DNA from: Neoconidiobolus thromboides FSU 785
Lineage: Eukaryota > Fungi > Entomophthoromycota
DNA: 64,000 nucleotides
Direction of reading: 5' to 3'
NCBI GenBank assembly: GCA_025603075.1
Contig: MU626265.1
Coordinates: 1 to 64,000, forward strand
The translations under genes and the position numbers were made by a program. This document shows positions 27,163 to 41,126 of the stretch, piece after piece. The notes beneath the pieces were generated by a model that had not been told where the DNA came from, did no database searches, and was given only the letters and a program-made list of their open reading frames with translations. How positions within the stretch are numbered: position 1 is the first letter of the stretch; the number at the start of each line of letters is the position of its first letter.

Positions 27163-28480
27163 ATGAGAAGGAGGAAAAGTGGAGAGTTGGTTATTCAAAA
27201 GGAGAAAGAACCTTTTTGAGAAGAAGTTGACCATGATATAACAATATTTAATACAATAATGAATTCCAGCGAATTTTCATCTAATATATTTTCATTTATT
27301 GATAATAATCCAACTGGGGAACTAAAAGTGTCATCACATTAATAAATAGAATATACCTAAGTCAATTATTTAAGTGCTTTGTAAACGTATATTGTAGTAG
27401 AATTGATCCCAAAGGCTATTGATTGGATGAATAGTCCTTGGCGGATAAAATAAAAAGTAGTAATAGGTTATTATTGAAGATAATATTATTACAAACATTA
27501 AATAAATCTATAAAATTTTCAGATAATGAGCTTACCATACTATTAAACTATAAGTTGGATAATTTCAATCAACTATTGAATGATAATATGAATAACCCCT
27601 CTTTAGAAAATCTCACCCCTATTATGTTGCTTGCTGCAGAGTATTTTTATAGTCATCAAAGGTCAACTGCTTCAATATATGAGGATGTATCTTTGCATTT
27701 AAGAAGTTCATTAATAATTTTTCCGCTCAAATAGCGCTTAAAAGATGGAAAAAGTGAGGAGATCAAAAAGACATTTTTATATATTGGCTGCTCTGTTAAA
27801 ATGTGATATAATCAATCAAAAATAGAAAGAAAAGTTATGGGAAATTATATACTTGTTTTACGTATTTATCGAATCCAGCGACACAAATCTATTAAACTTA
27901 GATGTGATAAATACTTTAAACATGTAATTAAAAAAACAATATATTTTCCTACTAAAACAAGAAACCCAGAGAATGATCTTGTAATTGTAGAGAATATTGA
28001 ATTATTTTTAAATGGTTGTAAATTCAACTTGACATCAGAGTATAGTTCTAGATCCTTCTATTATGGATTTTCAATATGGATAGAGTTGGAAATATGTAAA
28101 TATTTAAGTGAGTTTAACGGTAAGCTGGTAAAAAGCAAAGTAATCAAATTGAACATATAACTATATACTATATTGAAAACAGTCATAGGATTAGGTCAAC
28201 AAAAGATTGACCAAATTATTGATGCTACTTGAGACGAATATAAAATATACTAATTGATTATGTAGTCGCAGATATATGAACTTAAAAGTTATTCAATGAA
28301 TTTGATATCAAACTATTCATTAAACAATTATTCATACTATATTTTAAATATATATAAACTGTTTTAACTAGATTCAATGTTAAGTTTTGCTTCCAAATAT
28401 TATAAATTACCTTCTAAAGAATATTGCTATTAGATATATAATAACACTACAAACATATGGAAACTTATTGATTCTGCCAT
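27163..28480 (+). pseudogene. Decayed TF-like gene, family B copy B, interrupted by a MITE
   Basis: Includes ORFs 27438-27734 (NNPSLENLTPIMLLA, MHR-like) and 27837-28160. Homologous to 4390-5872 and 38800-40009; stops present. Confidence 0.7.
27677..27782 (-). mobile_element. MITE family 1 copy inside a pseudogene
   Basis: ATAT-GAGGATGTAT...TCCGCTCAAATAGCGCTTAA...ACATTTTT-ATAT. Confidence 0.88.
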
Positions 28481-29467
28481 TAAATAAAATATTAAAAATA
28501 TTTGCAATAATACTATAAACGATTTGAACGATTCTATCTCACTACTTTGTCTTTTTATCGATTTATTAGCAATTAATTTATTGGAAAAATGATAGCAATG
28601 TTATGTATAAAGGTTTAATAAAGTACGTTAGATATACAAAATTGTCTTATAGTTCAAATTATGGTTTTCTAGATTCAAAACTTATCTTTGAGGAAATTTA
28701 ATCTATTTTAAATGTTCTTACGCTTCCCAGGTCCTATCGTTTTTCTCCATAATTACATTTGTATTATTGTTTGTGTTGATTAATAAGCTTTTATTTACTG
28801 TATTTAGTGAGTATGTGGCATTCATAGTTTTTTATTCTAACTGGCTCTAAGTGATAAGCTATAATATTAATTTTTTATTTTGATATCCTTCTACTATAAA
28901 TGCGCTCCTATCTAATTTTTTTCATAAATCAACGCCTTGGCCACTATCAATACTAACATTCAATCTACAAATAACGTATAAGGTCAAGGTCAATCATCAA
29001 TAGATATTGACTACCAAAAAGTATATTTTAATAATGCAATTAATAAGAAGTGTCAAATCTTTTCATAAATATTAACACTTACAAAATATACAAAGCATTT
29101 ATATTACAAATATAAACTTCATGATTAAAAAACAAAACGAAGGATTTTATGAACAACATAATCGAATTTGATATTAAATTTTGGAATATTAACTCCGTCT
29201 ATTATTAGATATTCCAACTTTTTTGTAAATGAAATTATCCTAAATTTTTCAATTGTACAATTTATGCAAGAAACTCTGTGCTAACAAGTACTCTTTGCAC
29301 TTAACCACTCAATAACTTCATTTTTCAGAAACTTTATTAGGACAGTCTAAATTTAAATCCTGACTTTAGTTCAAATATTCGAGCTGATTTGATTATTGAG
29401 GAATTAAAATTATTTTGATTAGATTTGAGCACTTGGAAAATTTTATTACACTTTTGTATCCATAAAG

Positions 29468-30600
<1,133 letters not shown>

Positions 30601-30963
30601 TTAAAAGTTTATCAAATATTAGTTTAAAGTAATTTGTATATAGCCAGCCACGTTATATTTTTTTTTGATTTTAACAGCATTTTATAAATAAATTCAAAAA
30701 GGGGTAAAATAGTCAAACGAAGAAAATCGTTCTTATATCTACAATTTATCAGTACAGAGCTTGTTTTTAACCCACTAGTTTTTCTGAATCTATATTCTAT
30801 AAAAGTATATAACATTGAGCCAAAAAAGACTTTTTATTAATATAAACTACTTTACAATAAAAAGATGATTTTTAACAAATTTTATTGCAATAAAAAGTTA
30901 TAAATATTAAAATTATAATATATGAATATAGATTAAAAATAAGCTTGCTAGTAATTGAGCAAC

Positions 30964-33900
30964 CTATGCTAACACTTCTATTTTGTTTTGTATAGGATTA
31001 CTAACGCTATTTGCTTCTAAGCTATTAAACTCTAACTCAACTAATCCGCCTGAGACTGGAAGTTTAGTATTTCCTATAAGGTAGTGATCAATCTCACGTG
31101 CTGCTTGCCTACCTTCGTTTATACCCCAAACAATCAATGACTGTCCACGGCGACAATCTCCCGCTGCAAACACCCCTTTTACTGAAGTAGCATATTGATC
31201 TTTTGGAGTTGAAATATTTGATGCTTGAGTAGTATCTAACCCTGCTTCTTTAACAACCTTACTTTCAGGTCCTAAGAAGCCCATTGCTAATAAAACTAGA
31301 TCGGCTTCAAAGAATTTTTCTGATCTTTCAATCTCTTGCATCTTCCATCTTCCATTACTATCTTTCTCCCATTGTACTCTTACAGTATTAATTCCTTTAA
31401 CATTACCATTTTCATCAGTAACAAATTCTTTGGAAAGTATACAGTATTCTCTTGGGTCTCTCGAGTATTGCTTTTGTACTTCTTCATGACCATAATCGAC
31501 TTTGAATACCCTTGGGAACTGTGGCCATGGATTATCGTTACCACGTTGTGCTGGTGGCTCTGGCAAAAGCTCAAAGTTCACGATAGACTTAGCTCCATGA
31601 CGCACTGATGTACCAATACAATCGCAACCTGTATCTCCGCCACCAATAACGATTACATTCTTGTCTTTAGCTGAAATGTAACTATCCCTATCTTTAAACT
31701 GAGAGTTTAACAATGCAGAGGTATTTTTTTGTAAAAAGTCCATTGCAAAGTAGATACCATTAGATTGTCTATTTGGAATGTTTAAATCTCTTGGCCAAGT
31801 TGCTCCGGTTGCCATCAACACTGCGTCATTATTTCCTTGGAGTTCACCAAAAGAGACATGAGTACCAACCTCGGTATTAAGCACAAATTGAATTCCTTCT
31901 TCTTCGAGTAGATCCAACCTTCTCTGGACTATTTTTTTGTCCAACTTCATGTTGGGAATTCCGTACATCAAAAGTCCTCCTGCACGATCATTACGGTCAT
32001 ACACTGTGACTAAGTGACCTGCTTTATTAAGTTGATCTGCTGCTGCAAGTCCTGCTGGACCCGATCCAATAATTGCAACCTTTTTACCAGTACGAAATTT
32101 AGGTGCTTTAGCAACGATCCAATTCTCTTCAAATCCTTTGTCAATAATAGCACATTCAATACTCTTAATACTTACTGGGGATGAATTTATGCCTAATACG
32201 CATGCCCCTTCACAAGGAGCAGGACAAACTCTACCAGTAAATTCAGGGAAATTATTGGTCATCATAAGACGATCAAGAGCTTCTCTCCATTTGCCTTTGA
32301 ATACTAGATCATTCCATTTAGGTATAATATTTCCAATAGGGCAACCAGTATCGGACTGACAAAATGGTACACCACAATCCATACATCTTGCAGATTGTAC
32401 TTTAAGTTCACTTGGCTTAAGACGATGATTGACTTCATTCCAGTCTTTTAGGCGAGAATTGGGCTCACGGTAATGATCACCCCTTCTCTTATACTTGATA
32501 AATCCACGAACCTTATCAGCCAGTTTAAGCTTCTTTTCAATTAATTCCTCATCGGGTGTAACGTCTTCAATATCTCCAATAGCTTTATGTTGATGTAAAT
32601 TTTTACTTCTGTTTTCTTCGAGTTTGGCATCCCCATTAATGTGCCCGTTAGTATGACCATTTACATGTCCATTAGTCTTTACTTGCTTAGCTTCCTCTTC
32701 TTTTTTCTTTAACGCTAACTTGTAATCAATCGGCATAACTTTTATAAATTGGCTTAAATTAGCATCAAATGAATGATAAACTTCTTTTGCGATTTCAGAG
32801 CCTGTCTTGATATAATGCTGATAAATTAACTCTTTAAGCTCGCTGATATCTTGTTTATCCTCCACGCTTTCTAAATGGACCATTTCCTTATTGCAGTTTT
32901 CACTAAGTACTTTGTCTCTATTTAACACATATGCTATTCCTCCACTCATACCTGCAGCAAAATTTCTTCCTACGTTTCCAAGGATGACTACCCTTCCTCC
33001 AGTCATGTATTCACAACCATGATCACCTACTCCTTCAATAACAGCAGTTGCTCCAGAATTTCTAACAGCAAAACGCTCAGCTGCAACACCACTAATAAAT
33101 GCAGATCCAGAAGTGGCACCATATAAACACACATTTCCTACAATAATGTTTTCATTTGCCTTGAACTTTGAAGCCTTTGGTGGATAAATAGCAATAATAC
33201 CACCTGAAAGACCTTTACCAACATAATCATTAGCATCACCTTGAAGTTCCAATGTGACACCTGGTGCTAAAAAGGCTCCAAAACTTTGACCAGCGGACCC
33301 TTTTAAGAAGACGTGAACTGTACCATTTGGGAGGCCTTCCTCTCCATGTAGTTTAGATATTTGGTAAGATAAAGTGGAACCGAGAGTACGATCAGTGTTA
33401 ACTATCTCAGTATCAATAGTTATAGGTTCTTTATTCGTTATAGCCAATTCGGCTTCTGCAATTAACTTGTTATCTAATCGAGTATGAAGTTTGTGATCTT
33501 GTTTTCTAACACAGTATGTAGCTGCCCCAGGACGAAGCTTATAAGCAGGTACCAAAATTGAACTCAAATCTAAGCTTGCTGCTTTACGGTTTTCAAACGG
33601 TAGGTTTAGCTTTAATTTTTCGCATCTACCTACCATCTCGTTTATAGTTCTAAGCCCTAATTTAGCCATGATTTCTCTAAGCTCTTCAGCAACATAGTAA
33701 AAGAAGTTAATAACATGCTCCGGTAATCCAGTAAATTTAGCTCTAAGTTCAGGATCTTGAGTTGCTATTCCTACTGGACAAGTATTAAGATGACATTTTC
33801 TCATCATAGTACATCCCATTGCGATCAAAGGCGTGGTTGCAAAACCCCATTCTTCAGCACCAAGTAAACATGCTAACGCTACATCTCTTCCTGTTTTAAT

Positions 33901-36900
33901 TTGTCCATCAGTTTGAAGCACAACTCTACCACGAAGATCATTGAGTACCAAAGTTTGATGGGTTTCAGCAAGCCCCAACTCCCATGGTAATCCAGCATAT
34001 TTAATACCTGTCCATCTAGATGCACCTGTACCACCATCATGTCCAGAAATTAAGATATGGTCAGCTTTTGCTTTAGCAACTCCAGAGGCAACAATCCCTA
34101 CTCCAACTTCCGAAACAAGCTTAACTGAAACCCTTGCCCTTGGATTGGAAGTCTTTAAATCATAAATGAGTTGCTTGAGATCTTCGATAGAATAAATGTC
34201 GTGATGAGGTGGGGGGCTAATAAGACCAACACCAGCAGTAGATTTACGTGTTTTAGCAATATTCTCAGATACCTTGTGTCCTGGAAGTTCACCTCCTTCA
34301 CCTGGTTTTGCTCCCTGCGCCATCTTGATTTGAAGCTCATCTGCATTTGTTAAGTAAAAGCTAGTAACTCCGAACCTTCCAGATGCAACTTGTTTAATAG
34401 CAGAACGTAAGTTTTTACCATCAACTAATCCAGAGGCTCTTTGTGGGTCTTCACCTCCTTCTCCAGTATTACTTTTGCCTCCAAGCTCATTCATGGCAGC
34501 AGCAAGAGTGGAATGTGCTTCCATAGAAATAGAACCATAACTCATAGCACCAGTACAAAATCTTTTTACAATTTTGTCCCAAGGCTCAACCTCATCAATT
34601 GGAATTCCTTTACTTTTTTCAAAATCGAAATCAAGTAACCCTCTTAGTGTACAGTTACGGATTGAATCATGGCATGCTTTTGCATACTCATCATAAGCAT
34701 TTTTATTTTTATTGCGTACAGCGTCTTGAAGTTTAGCAACAGTCACAGGCTCGTTGATATGTTTTTGACCACCTTTACGCCAATGATATTCTCCTACTTC
34801 TGGAAGACCTTTGATATTTTCTGTATATCTAGTAGGATAGGCAGCTTCGTGAAGTCGAATAGCATCTTGCGCAAGCATTTCAAAAGTAGAACCCTTAATT
34901 CTAGAAGCGGTACCATTAAAACATTTTTCAATAACTTCCTCACTAATACCAAGAGCCTCAAAAATTTGAGCTCCTTTATAGGATTGTAAAGTAGATATAC
35001 CCATCTTTGACATGACTTTCAATATACCATTACTGGAAGCTTTTTTGTAATTTTTTATTAACACTTGGCCATCGATTTCTTCTTCCAGTAAACCATCTCT
35101 TTTTAATTTAAGGATCGCTTCAAGAGCAAGGTAAGGGCATATAGCATCTGCACCATATCCTAAAAGTACACAAAAATGATGTACTTCTCTTGCTTCACCA
35201 GTTTCAACTACCAAAGCAACTTTAGATCTTAATTTATTACTAATAAGATGTTGATGAACAGCACCTGAAGCTATAAGAGAACTAATAGGAATATTGTCTA
35301 CATCAGCTTCGTTATCTGATAAGACAATTACTTTAACGCCTTCATTTATTGCTTCGACTGCGCTTTCGCATAACTCGTTAAGTTTCTCTAGGTAGCCTGA
35401 AGGCCCTAATTCCTTTTTGAAAGTTATTGAAAGAGTTTTTACCGACCAATCAGCTACGTACTTTGAAATATTCTTAATTGAAGCAAGCTCATCAATATCA
35501 ATTATTGGAGATGGAAGCGTCATTCTATGACACTGCGATTCCTCAATTTCTAAAATATTTCCCTCTGGTCCAATATAACATTCCAAAGACATGACAATTT
35601 CTTCACGAATTGGATCAATGGGTGGGTTAGTTACCTGGGCAAAGAGCTGGCGGAAATATTCATAAATTGGCCTTACTTGAGTAGAAAGGCAAGCTAAGGC
35701 GTTATCGTTACCCATAGAACCCAATGCTTCCTTTCCTTCTTTTATCATTGGTAAAATAAGGAAATTTATTTGCTCCAATGTAAAGCCAAATACAGTCATT
35801 CTTGGATCTCTTGCAACAGAAACAGGATCTAACACGTAAGCTCTAGTAGGACTATTTTCTAAAGTCACTGCTTTGAGCTCTTCTAAACTAAGCATTTGGT
35901 TGTCAATCCATTTACCAAAGTCTTCGCGTTCCGCTACCTTGCTTTTAAGCTCGGTATCATCAACAATACGCCCTTCAACAGTATCCACTAAGAGCATTCT
36001 ACCAGGCTGCAAACGTCCTTTTTTTATAACAGTGGCTGGGTCAATAGTTATAGTACCTACTTCAGAAGCGCAAACTATTCTATCACCTTCAAGGACATAA
36101 TAACGACATGGTCTGAGACCATTTCTATCTAAGCTTGCACCAATATAACGACCATCAGAAAAGGTAAACAGGGCAGGTCCATCCCATGGTTCCATCAAAC
36201 AAGCAGCCCATTTATAGAACGCTTTCTTTTTTGGGTCCATGTTTGGATTATTTTGCCATGCTTCTGGCGCCATTATCATTACTACTTCTGGAAGAGAAAA
36301 TTTACCGTTCATTAATAAAAGCTCTAAAACATTATCAAAAGCTGCGGAATCAGAACCATCTGGTTCAATAATTGGGTATAGTTTTTCAAGGTCTTTACCA
36401 AAAAAAGTGCTTTTCATAATACCTTCTCTGGCTCGCATCCAGTTTTTATTTCCTCGTAATGTGTTAATTTCTCCATTATGAGCACAGAACCTTAACGGTT
36501 GAGCACGATTCCAGCTTGGAAAAGTATTTGTGGAGAATCTAGAATGGACTAAAGCAAAATGAGCAGTATAACGGTGATTTCCCAAATCTAAAAAGTATTT
36601 ATAAACTTGAATAGGGGATAACTGACCCTTATAAGTTATGTTTTCTGTAGCTAACGAACAAATATAAAACCATTCTTTTAATGTAATATTATGAGAGGAT
36701 ACTTTTCGAAGCAAATAAAGCTTCTTTGTAAAAGTTTTAGAATCAAAAGTTTTATCATTTAAAGTAATAAATGGTTGAAGAATTTTAGGTTCTCTTGAAA
36801 GAGATACGGGTCCTAAAATTGAACTATCTACTGGTACCTCACGCCAACATAGTACGTTAAGGTCAAAAGAGGTAGCAATCTTTTCAAAGCGTGCCTTTTG

Positions 36901-37248
36901 ATCATCGATAGTATTTGGGTTAAAAAATAAATTACCAGTTGCATACTGACCAGGTGGTGGAAGCTTAACCCCTAATATATCAGCTTCTTTATTGAAGAAC
37001 TCATATGGCATTGAAGTCATTACACCAGCACCATCACCATCACGAAAATCAGCACCAGTAGCACCTCTATGGGTCATATTGCATAAAATAACGCTAGCAT
37101 CGCTTACTATTTTATGGCTTGGTATTCCTTTAATATGTGCAGCAAATCCCACGCCGCAAGCATCTTTTTCTAAAGAGGGGTCATACAAACCTTGTTTTGG
37201 TGGTAAGCTCTCGGCCCAGCTTTGGTTTTTATTAATAGTAGAAGGCAT
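30964..37248 (-). CDS. GLT1: NADH-dependent glutamate synthase (GOGAT), fused alpha/beta
   Basis: 2094-aa ORF with CGVGF amidotransferase start, HSRFSTNT, FMN-domain KMAQGAKPGEGG, 3Fe-4S CTMMRKCHLNTC, and C-terminal CMDCG and GSGPAG motifs. Confidence 0.98.
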   Translation of the reverse strand: MPSTINKNQSWAESLPPKQGLYDPSLEKDACGVGFAAHIKGIPSHKIVSDASVILCNMTHRGATGADFRDGDGAGVMTSMPYEFFNKEADILGVKLPPPGQYATGNLFFNPNTIDDQKARFEKIATSFDLNVLCWREVPVDSSILGPVSLSREPKILQPFITLNDKTFDSKTFTKKLYLLRKVSSHNITLKEWFYICSLATENITYKGQLSPIQVYKYFLDLGNHRYTAHFALVHSRFSTNTFPSWNRAQPLRFCAHNGEINTLRGNKNWMRAREGIMKSTFFGKDLEKLYPIIEPDGSDSAAFDNVLELLLMNGKFSLPEVVMIMAPEAWQNNPNMDPKKKAFYKWAACLMEPWDGPALFTFSDGRYIGASLDRNGLRPCRYYVLEGDRIVCASEVGTITIDPATVIKKGRLQPGRMLLVDTVEGRIVDDTELKSKVAEREDFGKWIDNQMLSLEELKAVTLENSPTRAYVLDPVSVARDPRMTVFGFTLEQINFLILPMIKEGKEALGSMGNDNALACLSTQVRPIYEYFRQLFAQVTNPPIDPIREEIVMSLECYIGPEGNILEIEESQCHRMTLPSPIIDIDELASIKNISKYVADWSVKTLSITFKKELGPSGYLEKLNELCESAVEAINEGVKVIVLSDNEADVDNIPISSLIASGAVHQHLISNKLRSKVALVVETGEAREVHHFCVLLGYGADAICPYLALEAILKLKRDGLLEEEIDGQVLIKNYKKASSNGILKVMSKMGISTLQSYKGAQIFEALGISEEVIEKCFNGTASRIKGSTFEMLAQDAIRLHEAAYPTRYTENIKGLPEVGEYHWRKGGQKHINEPVTVAKLQDAVRNKNKNAYDEYAKACHDSIRNCTLRGLLDFDFEKSKGIPIDEVEPWDKIVKRFCTGAMSYGSISMEAHSTLAAAMNELGGKSNTGEGGEDPQRASGLVDGKNLRSAIKQVASGRFGVTSFYLTNADELQIKMAQGAKPGEGGELPGHKVSENIAKTRKSTAGVGLISPPPHHDIYSIEDLKQLIYDLKTSNPRARVSVKLVSEVGVGIVASGVAKAKADHILISGHDGGTGASRWTGIKYAGLPWELGLAETHQTLVLNDLRGRVVLQTDGQIKTGRDVALACLLGAEEWGFATTPLIAMGCTMMRKCHLNTCPVGIATQDPELRAKFTGLPEHVINFFYYVAEELREIMAKLGLRTINEMVGRCEKLKLNLPFENRKAASLDLSSILVPAYKLRPGAATYCVRKQDHKLHTRLDNKLIAEAELAITNKEPITIDTEIVNTDRTLGSTLSYQISKLHGEEGLPNGTVHVFLKGSAGQSFGAFLAPGVTLELQGDANDYVGKGLSGGIIAIYPPKASKFKANENIIVGNVCLYGATSGSAFISGVAAERFAVRNSGATAVIEGVGDHGCEYMTGGRVVILGNVGRNFAAGMSGGIAYVLNRDKVLSENCNKEMVHLESVEDKQDISELKELIYQHYIKTGSEIAKEVYHSFDANLSQFIKVMPIDYKLALKKKEEEAKQVKTNGHVNGHTNGHINGDAKLEENRSKNLHQHKAIGDIEDVTPDEELIEKKLKLADKVRGFIKYKRRGDHYREPNSRLKDWNEVNHRLKPSELKVQSARCMDCGVPFCQSDTGCPIGNIIPKWNDLVFKGKWREALDRLMMTNNFPEFTGRVCPAPCEGACVLGINSSPVSIKSIECAIIDKGFEENWIVAKAPKFRTGKKVAIIGSGPAGLAAADQLNKAGHLVTVYDRNDRAGGLLMYGIPNMKLDKKIVQRRLDLLEEEGIQFVLNTEVGTHVSFGELQGNNDAVLMATGATWPRDLNIPNRQSNGIYFAMDFLQKNTSALLNSQFKDRDSYISAKDKNVIVIGGGDTGCDCIGTSVRHGAKSIVNFELLPEPPAQRGNDNPWPQFPRVFKVDYGHEEVQKQYSRDPREYCILSKEFVTDENGNVKGINTVRVQWEKDSNGRWKMQEIERSEKFFEADLVLLAMGFLGPESKVVKEAGLDTTQASNISTPKDQYATSVKGVFAAGDCRRGQSLIVWGINEGRQAAREIDHYLIGNTKLPVSGGLVELEFNSLEANSVSNPIQNKIEVLA

Positions 37249-38799
37249 TTTATATAACTAATAATAACACAGTTTAGTAACTTTTTATTTTTATTTTTGA
37301 AAGTAGGATGATGGTTAAAGATAAATAGAATGAAATAAAAGTTTGGATTATGACTTTTTTTAGCTTTTATAGTATTGAGGTCAAGCATAAACTTATGCAT
37401 TTTGTTTCATCATAAATTCTTTGATTGGATTTAGCAACATGTTTAAAATAAGTATATTAAATTGTTGATATTTGTTAAATTAGATATAAACTATCAAATA
37501 ACGTATGTTTTGTTACCTTTTATGATATAAATTAAATAAATCGAATTATATGTTAGTTAGAATCTCTCTACTTTAAGCCATATTTATATCCCCATACTTG
37601 ATGATTTTAATCTTTATCAATTTCTTAAATCTTCAATTAAAATATATGTGACTATTTTGATTAGATAACAAGATGAAAATAATCTAATCAAGTAGAAATT
37701 ATATTTGACATTTGATAAATAAACTTAGGATAGCAGTCACGCTATTGTTTAAGGTGGTTAAGCATGAACATTATTGGCCCAAGTTGTTATAAATTAAATC
37801 ACATTTTAAAGTTAAAGTAAAAAAATTATTTTATTCTAATTGCATAAATGTAAAAGACCCGAATTCATTTTAAGCAAAGTGGAGGAAAAAACTTTTCAAA
37901 TGACAAAGCTTATCAATAAATTATTTTTTGATTTCATTTGACATCATCAGGATATCTAGGAACTCTTACTAAAAAAGGCAAAATGGTATTTTAAATTTAA
38001 AATCATGTTGTGAACAATCTGTTACCTCTCTTTATCATTCATTTTATTTAATAATATTCTTATTCATTTTATTATCATAATGTTAAGAGTCACTATTATT
38101 CATAATGGAAAAGTTAACAGAAAAGTTAGTAAAATATTTTTTTGGATGTGACTTCCGTCGCTCATAGTTTTAAAAATCAAACCTTTAATTCCTTAAAAAA
38201 ACTAAGCCTCCTTATTTTTTATCAATTTTGATAAAGAATTGAAAGCGACAATAAGTATAAAGAAAATTTAAGTTTATAATGAGACTTATAAGAACTTACT
38301 TTGCTCTTCTAAACTTTCATGTCTATTTGTATATTAATTAATAATACCTAGTAAAATAAACCATTATATAGTCCGTTCTTAGCATGTTCTGGTTTGGTTT
38401 TAAATGCTAGTCTTATTTTTATCAAACTGATAAGAGATTATTCTATTTTTGAAGAAAGATAAGAAAATGTATCTGAAAATGTATCTAAAAATGTCATGGT
38501 CTATATAAAATTTATTTAATACAAAATCAAATGATGAATATTTTGTAAATACTACTATACGATAAGCTTTAGAATTTCATGTGGGTTTAACAATTGTTAT
38601 AAATTATTTAAAGTAAGCTTACTTTAATATTTTTACAATAATTTATAACAAGGCATTTAAACAAATTTCAACTAGAAATGTCACTATTAAAAGCTTTACT
38701 ATCTTCAAAACGGATTTTAATAACGAAGTGAATTTTAAGTATACTTTGTAAAGTAATAGCTGATAATAGGCATTTTCTTGAATATTTTTGTCAAATTCC

Positions 38800-40009
38800 T
38801 GGGTTGACTAACTTACATATATTTATAACGTTGTCATACTCATTGTAGTAATAACCTTTAGAGGTTAGCTCATGGAGTTGGGATGATAAGTGTATTATGG
38901 AATCTAATAGTACGATTTAATTCTATTTAGGACAAAATGATCGTGATTTTTGTACGAAAAGCAGAGGACAATATTACTCTATAATTTCCAAGTTCATAGG
39001 CTTGAGATTAAATAAATAATTTGTACTTTTTGAATTCTTTTAGGGCACCTTGGATCAATTCATTAATTTTTTTACTAGACTATTTTTGTAAGTATCTTAT
39101 CCATAAATAAAAGACAAAATTTTAAACAAAGAAACACGTCCCCATATATATTTCACTTTAACCAAGTTGTTACTCTACCATAAGAAGATCGGAAGCCATA
39201 TTTTAATGTTGGTTTTAATTCACTGCCATCAATAAATGGATAAATATCCTACACAGTTACAATACCATTTTTCGATTCTCTTACTTTTTTAGAAATATAT
39301 ATTAATATTTCATTTATGTTTAAATTGTACACATTGAATTAATTTCACTCAAATTTTCATCACTAAACTTTGTATAACCACAAAAAAAATCAACAATTTC
39401 CTACAAATTTTCTTTCTATATTGTATAGCTTTTATTTGAAGCATTTACTTGATTTCTGTTTACTCTTCTCATTCTAGTCAGACAATCTATATACATAAAG
39501 GTACCTACATTTGATAACTGAAAAAACATTATGAAATAAATAATATAATACCAATAATATTCAACAATCAAGAGTGTCTTAATTCATCATTTCATAATTG
39601 ATTAGAATTATTAGATTTATAACCAAAAGGTATACTGAGCTCATTATCTAGACATCTAAAGATTTTATTAAATATTTGGAGTACCATCAACTTTAATGAA
39701 GATCTATTACTACTTTTTAGTATAGTTTTCAAGCGTCTTTTGGCTAGCTAAAAGTCTTCAGGGTCAATCTTATTACAATATATTTTTATGAAGTAATTAA
39801 AGAGTTAACTTGGCTCTACTCTATTTATTGTTACTGATGGCATAATTAATTTGTTTGAGGAACTACTAGTAACAAACAAAAAGGAGTTAGATTGAGCTCT
39901 ATTACATTTTAACAGTTTATTGAATCTTAATACTTCATACTCAATTTGTTCTAGAAAATTATCTTTCCCTTTTTGAATAATTAGCTTTTCTCCTTTTCTT
40001 CTTTCCATC
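38800..40009 (-). pseudogene. Decayed TF-like gene, family B copy C
   Basis: ERRKGEKLIIQKGK, KSSNRSSLKLMVLQIFNK...DNELSI and SQAYELGNY align with copy B (RRRKSGELVIQKEK, KSSNRLLLKIILLQ, SQIYELKSY). Stops present. Confidence 0.65.
39112..39147 (+). mobile_element. MITE family 1 3' fragment
   Basis: AAAATTTTAAACAAAGAAACACGTCCCC-ATAT only. Confidence 0.5.
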
Positions 40010-40116
40010 AAATGGGAATGTCTTTTTTGGCTCCATGACTTTTTCCATTTTTCAAGTGCTACTTAAGCCGAAAATTTGTTGTTAAAATCCTTAAACACAA
40101 AAATAAATCCCTATAT
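40010..40116 (+). mobile_element. MITE family 1 copy
   Basis: AAAT-GGGAATGTC...AAATCCCT-ATAT. Confidence 0.85.
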
Positions 40117-40334
40117 GTTTAATATATAATACCCTCTTTGCTTTTTGGAATACAAATATCATACATTTCAATCAATTCCCTATCAAGCGCTACCTGGTTT
40201 CATGAGGAAGATTATTAATGTCGTGGAATAATTTGCTAACCACAAACTCTGAAGAATCTATTTGTTTTCCTCCATTCGTTCGATAAAACAATCTCAGTTA
40301 TTATATATGGATATGTTTGAAGTTTTAATGACAG

Positions 40335-40391
40335 CTATTTGAGCGGAAAGGCCATTGGTAAAATTCTTAACAAAAAAATGCATTTACATAT
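40335..40391 (+). mobile_element. MITE family 1 3' half, sharing ATAT with the next copy
   Basis: GCTATTTGAGCGGAAAG...GTAAAATTCTTAA...ATAT. Confidence 0.65.
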
Positions 40392-40493
40392 GGGGATGTT
40401 TTTTTGACTTCATTACTTTTTCCATTTTTTAAGCGCCATTTGAGTGGGAAAGCTATTAATAAAATTTTTAAACACAAAAATACACCCCCATAT
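40388..40493 (+). mobile_element. MITE family 1 copy
   Basis: ATAT-GGGGATG...TACACCCCC-ATAT. Confidence 0.92.
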
Positions 40494-41126
40494 TCTAACA
40501 AAAAATAAAGGTTGAATAAAACTAAAATATTTATGAGAATCAATAATTATTAAAAATCAGATTTTTATATATAATCCACTCGACACACAATTTGTTGATT
40601 TGATTTGTTTGATTTATAGCTATAATCATGTAACATTTATGTTTTTTCATTCAGGCTTTGCTTAAAGTGTAAACAATGCGATATCGAGAATCAGCACTTT
40701 AGTAACCAGATTAATTCCATTAATCAATATAGGATATCATTTAACTTTTAATAACTCTTTAAGATATATTATTGCTATGATCTAGTTTGTAAATCCATTT
40801 TTATTTAAGCTATGAGCTAAAATACTGGATCCCTTCACTTTTCGATAATATTTTTTAAAAGTAACATAATGTTGGTAAACAAGCTGATTTTTTCAAGTAG
40901 CCTTAGTTGCCTTAAATTTCTCATCAAGATGAAACTTTACGATACTTTTAAATATACTATATAAGAATGTTATTTTATTAGGATTTCGTATTTTCTATAT
41001 AACATAAAGCTTAAGAAACTATCACTTGAGTTTTAAACAAAAAGTATAATTATTTTTATTTATTTAAATCAGAGCAAAGTTTTTTTTGGTTTTACATGTA
41101 TTTAATAATTAGCTAATAATTTAATT

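Noticed and set aside
31336-37400. Many short ORFs overlapping GLT1, and similar ones over the MFS, JEN1, URA4, SNC1 and deiminase genes
   Set aside because: Antisense or off-frame shadows of real coding sequence with no independent motifs.
38463-38495. 12-bp tandem repeat GAAAATGTATCT, about 2.5 copies
   Set aside because: Ordinary slippage repeat in intergenic DNA.
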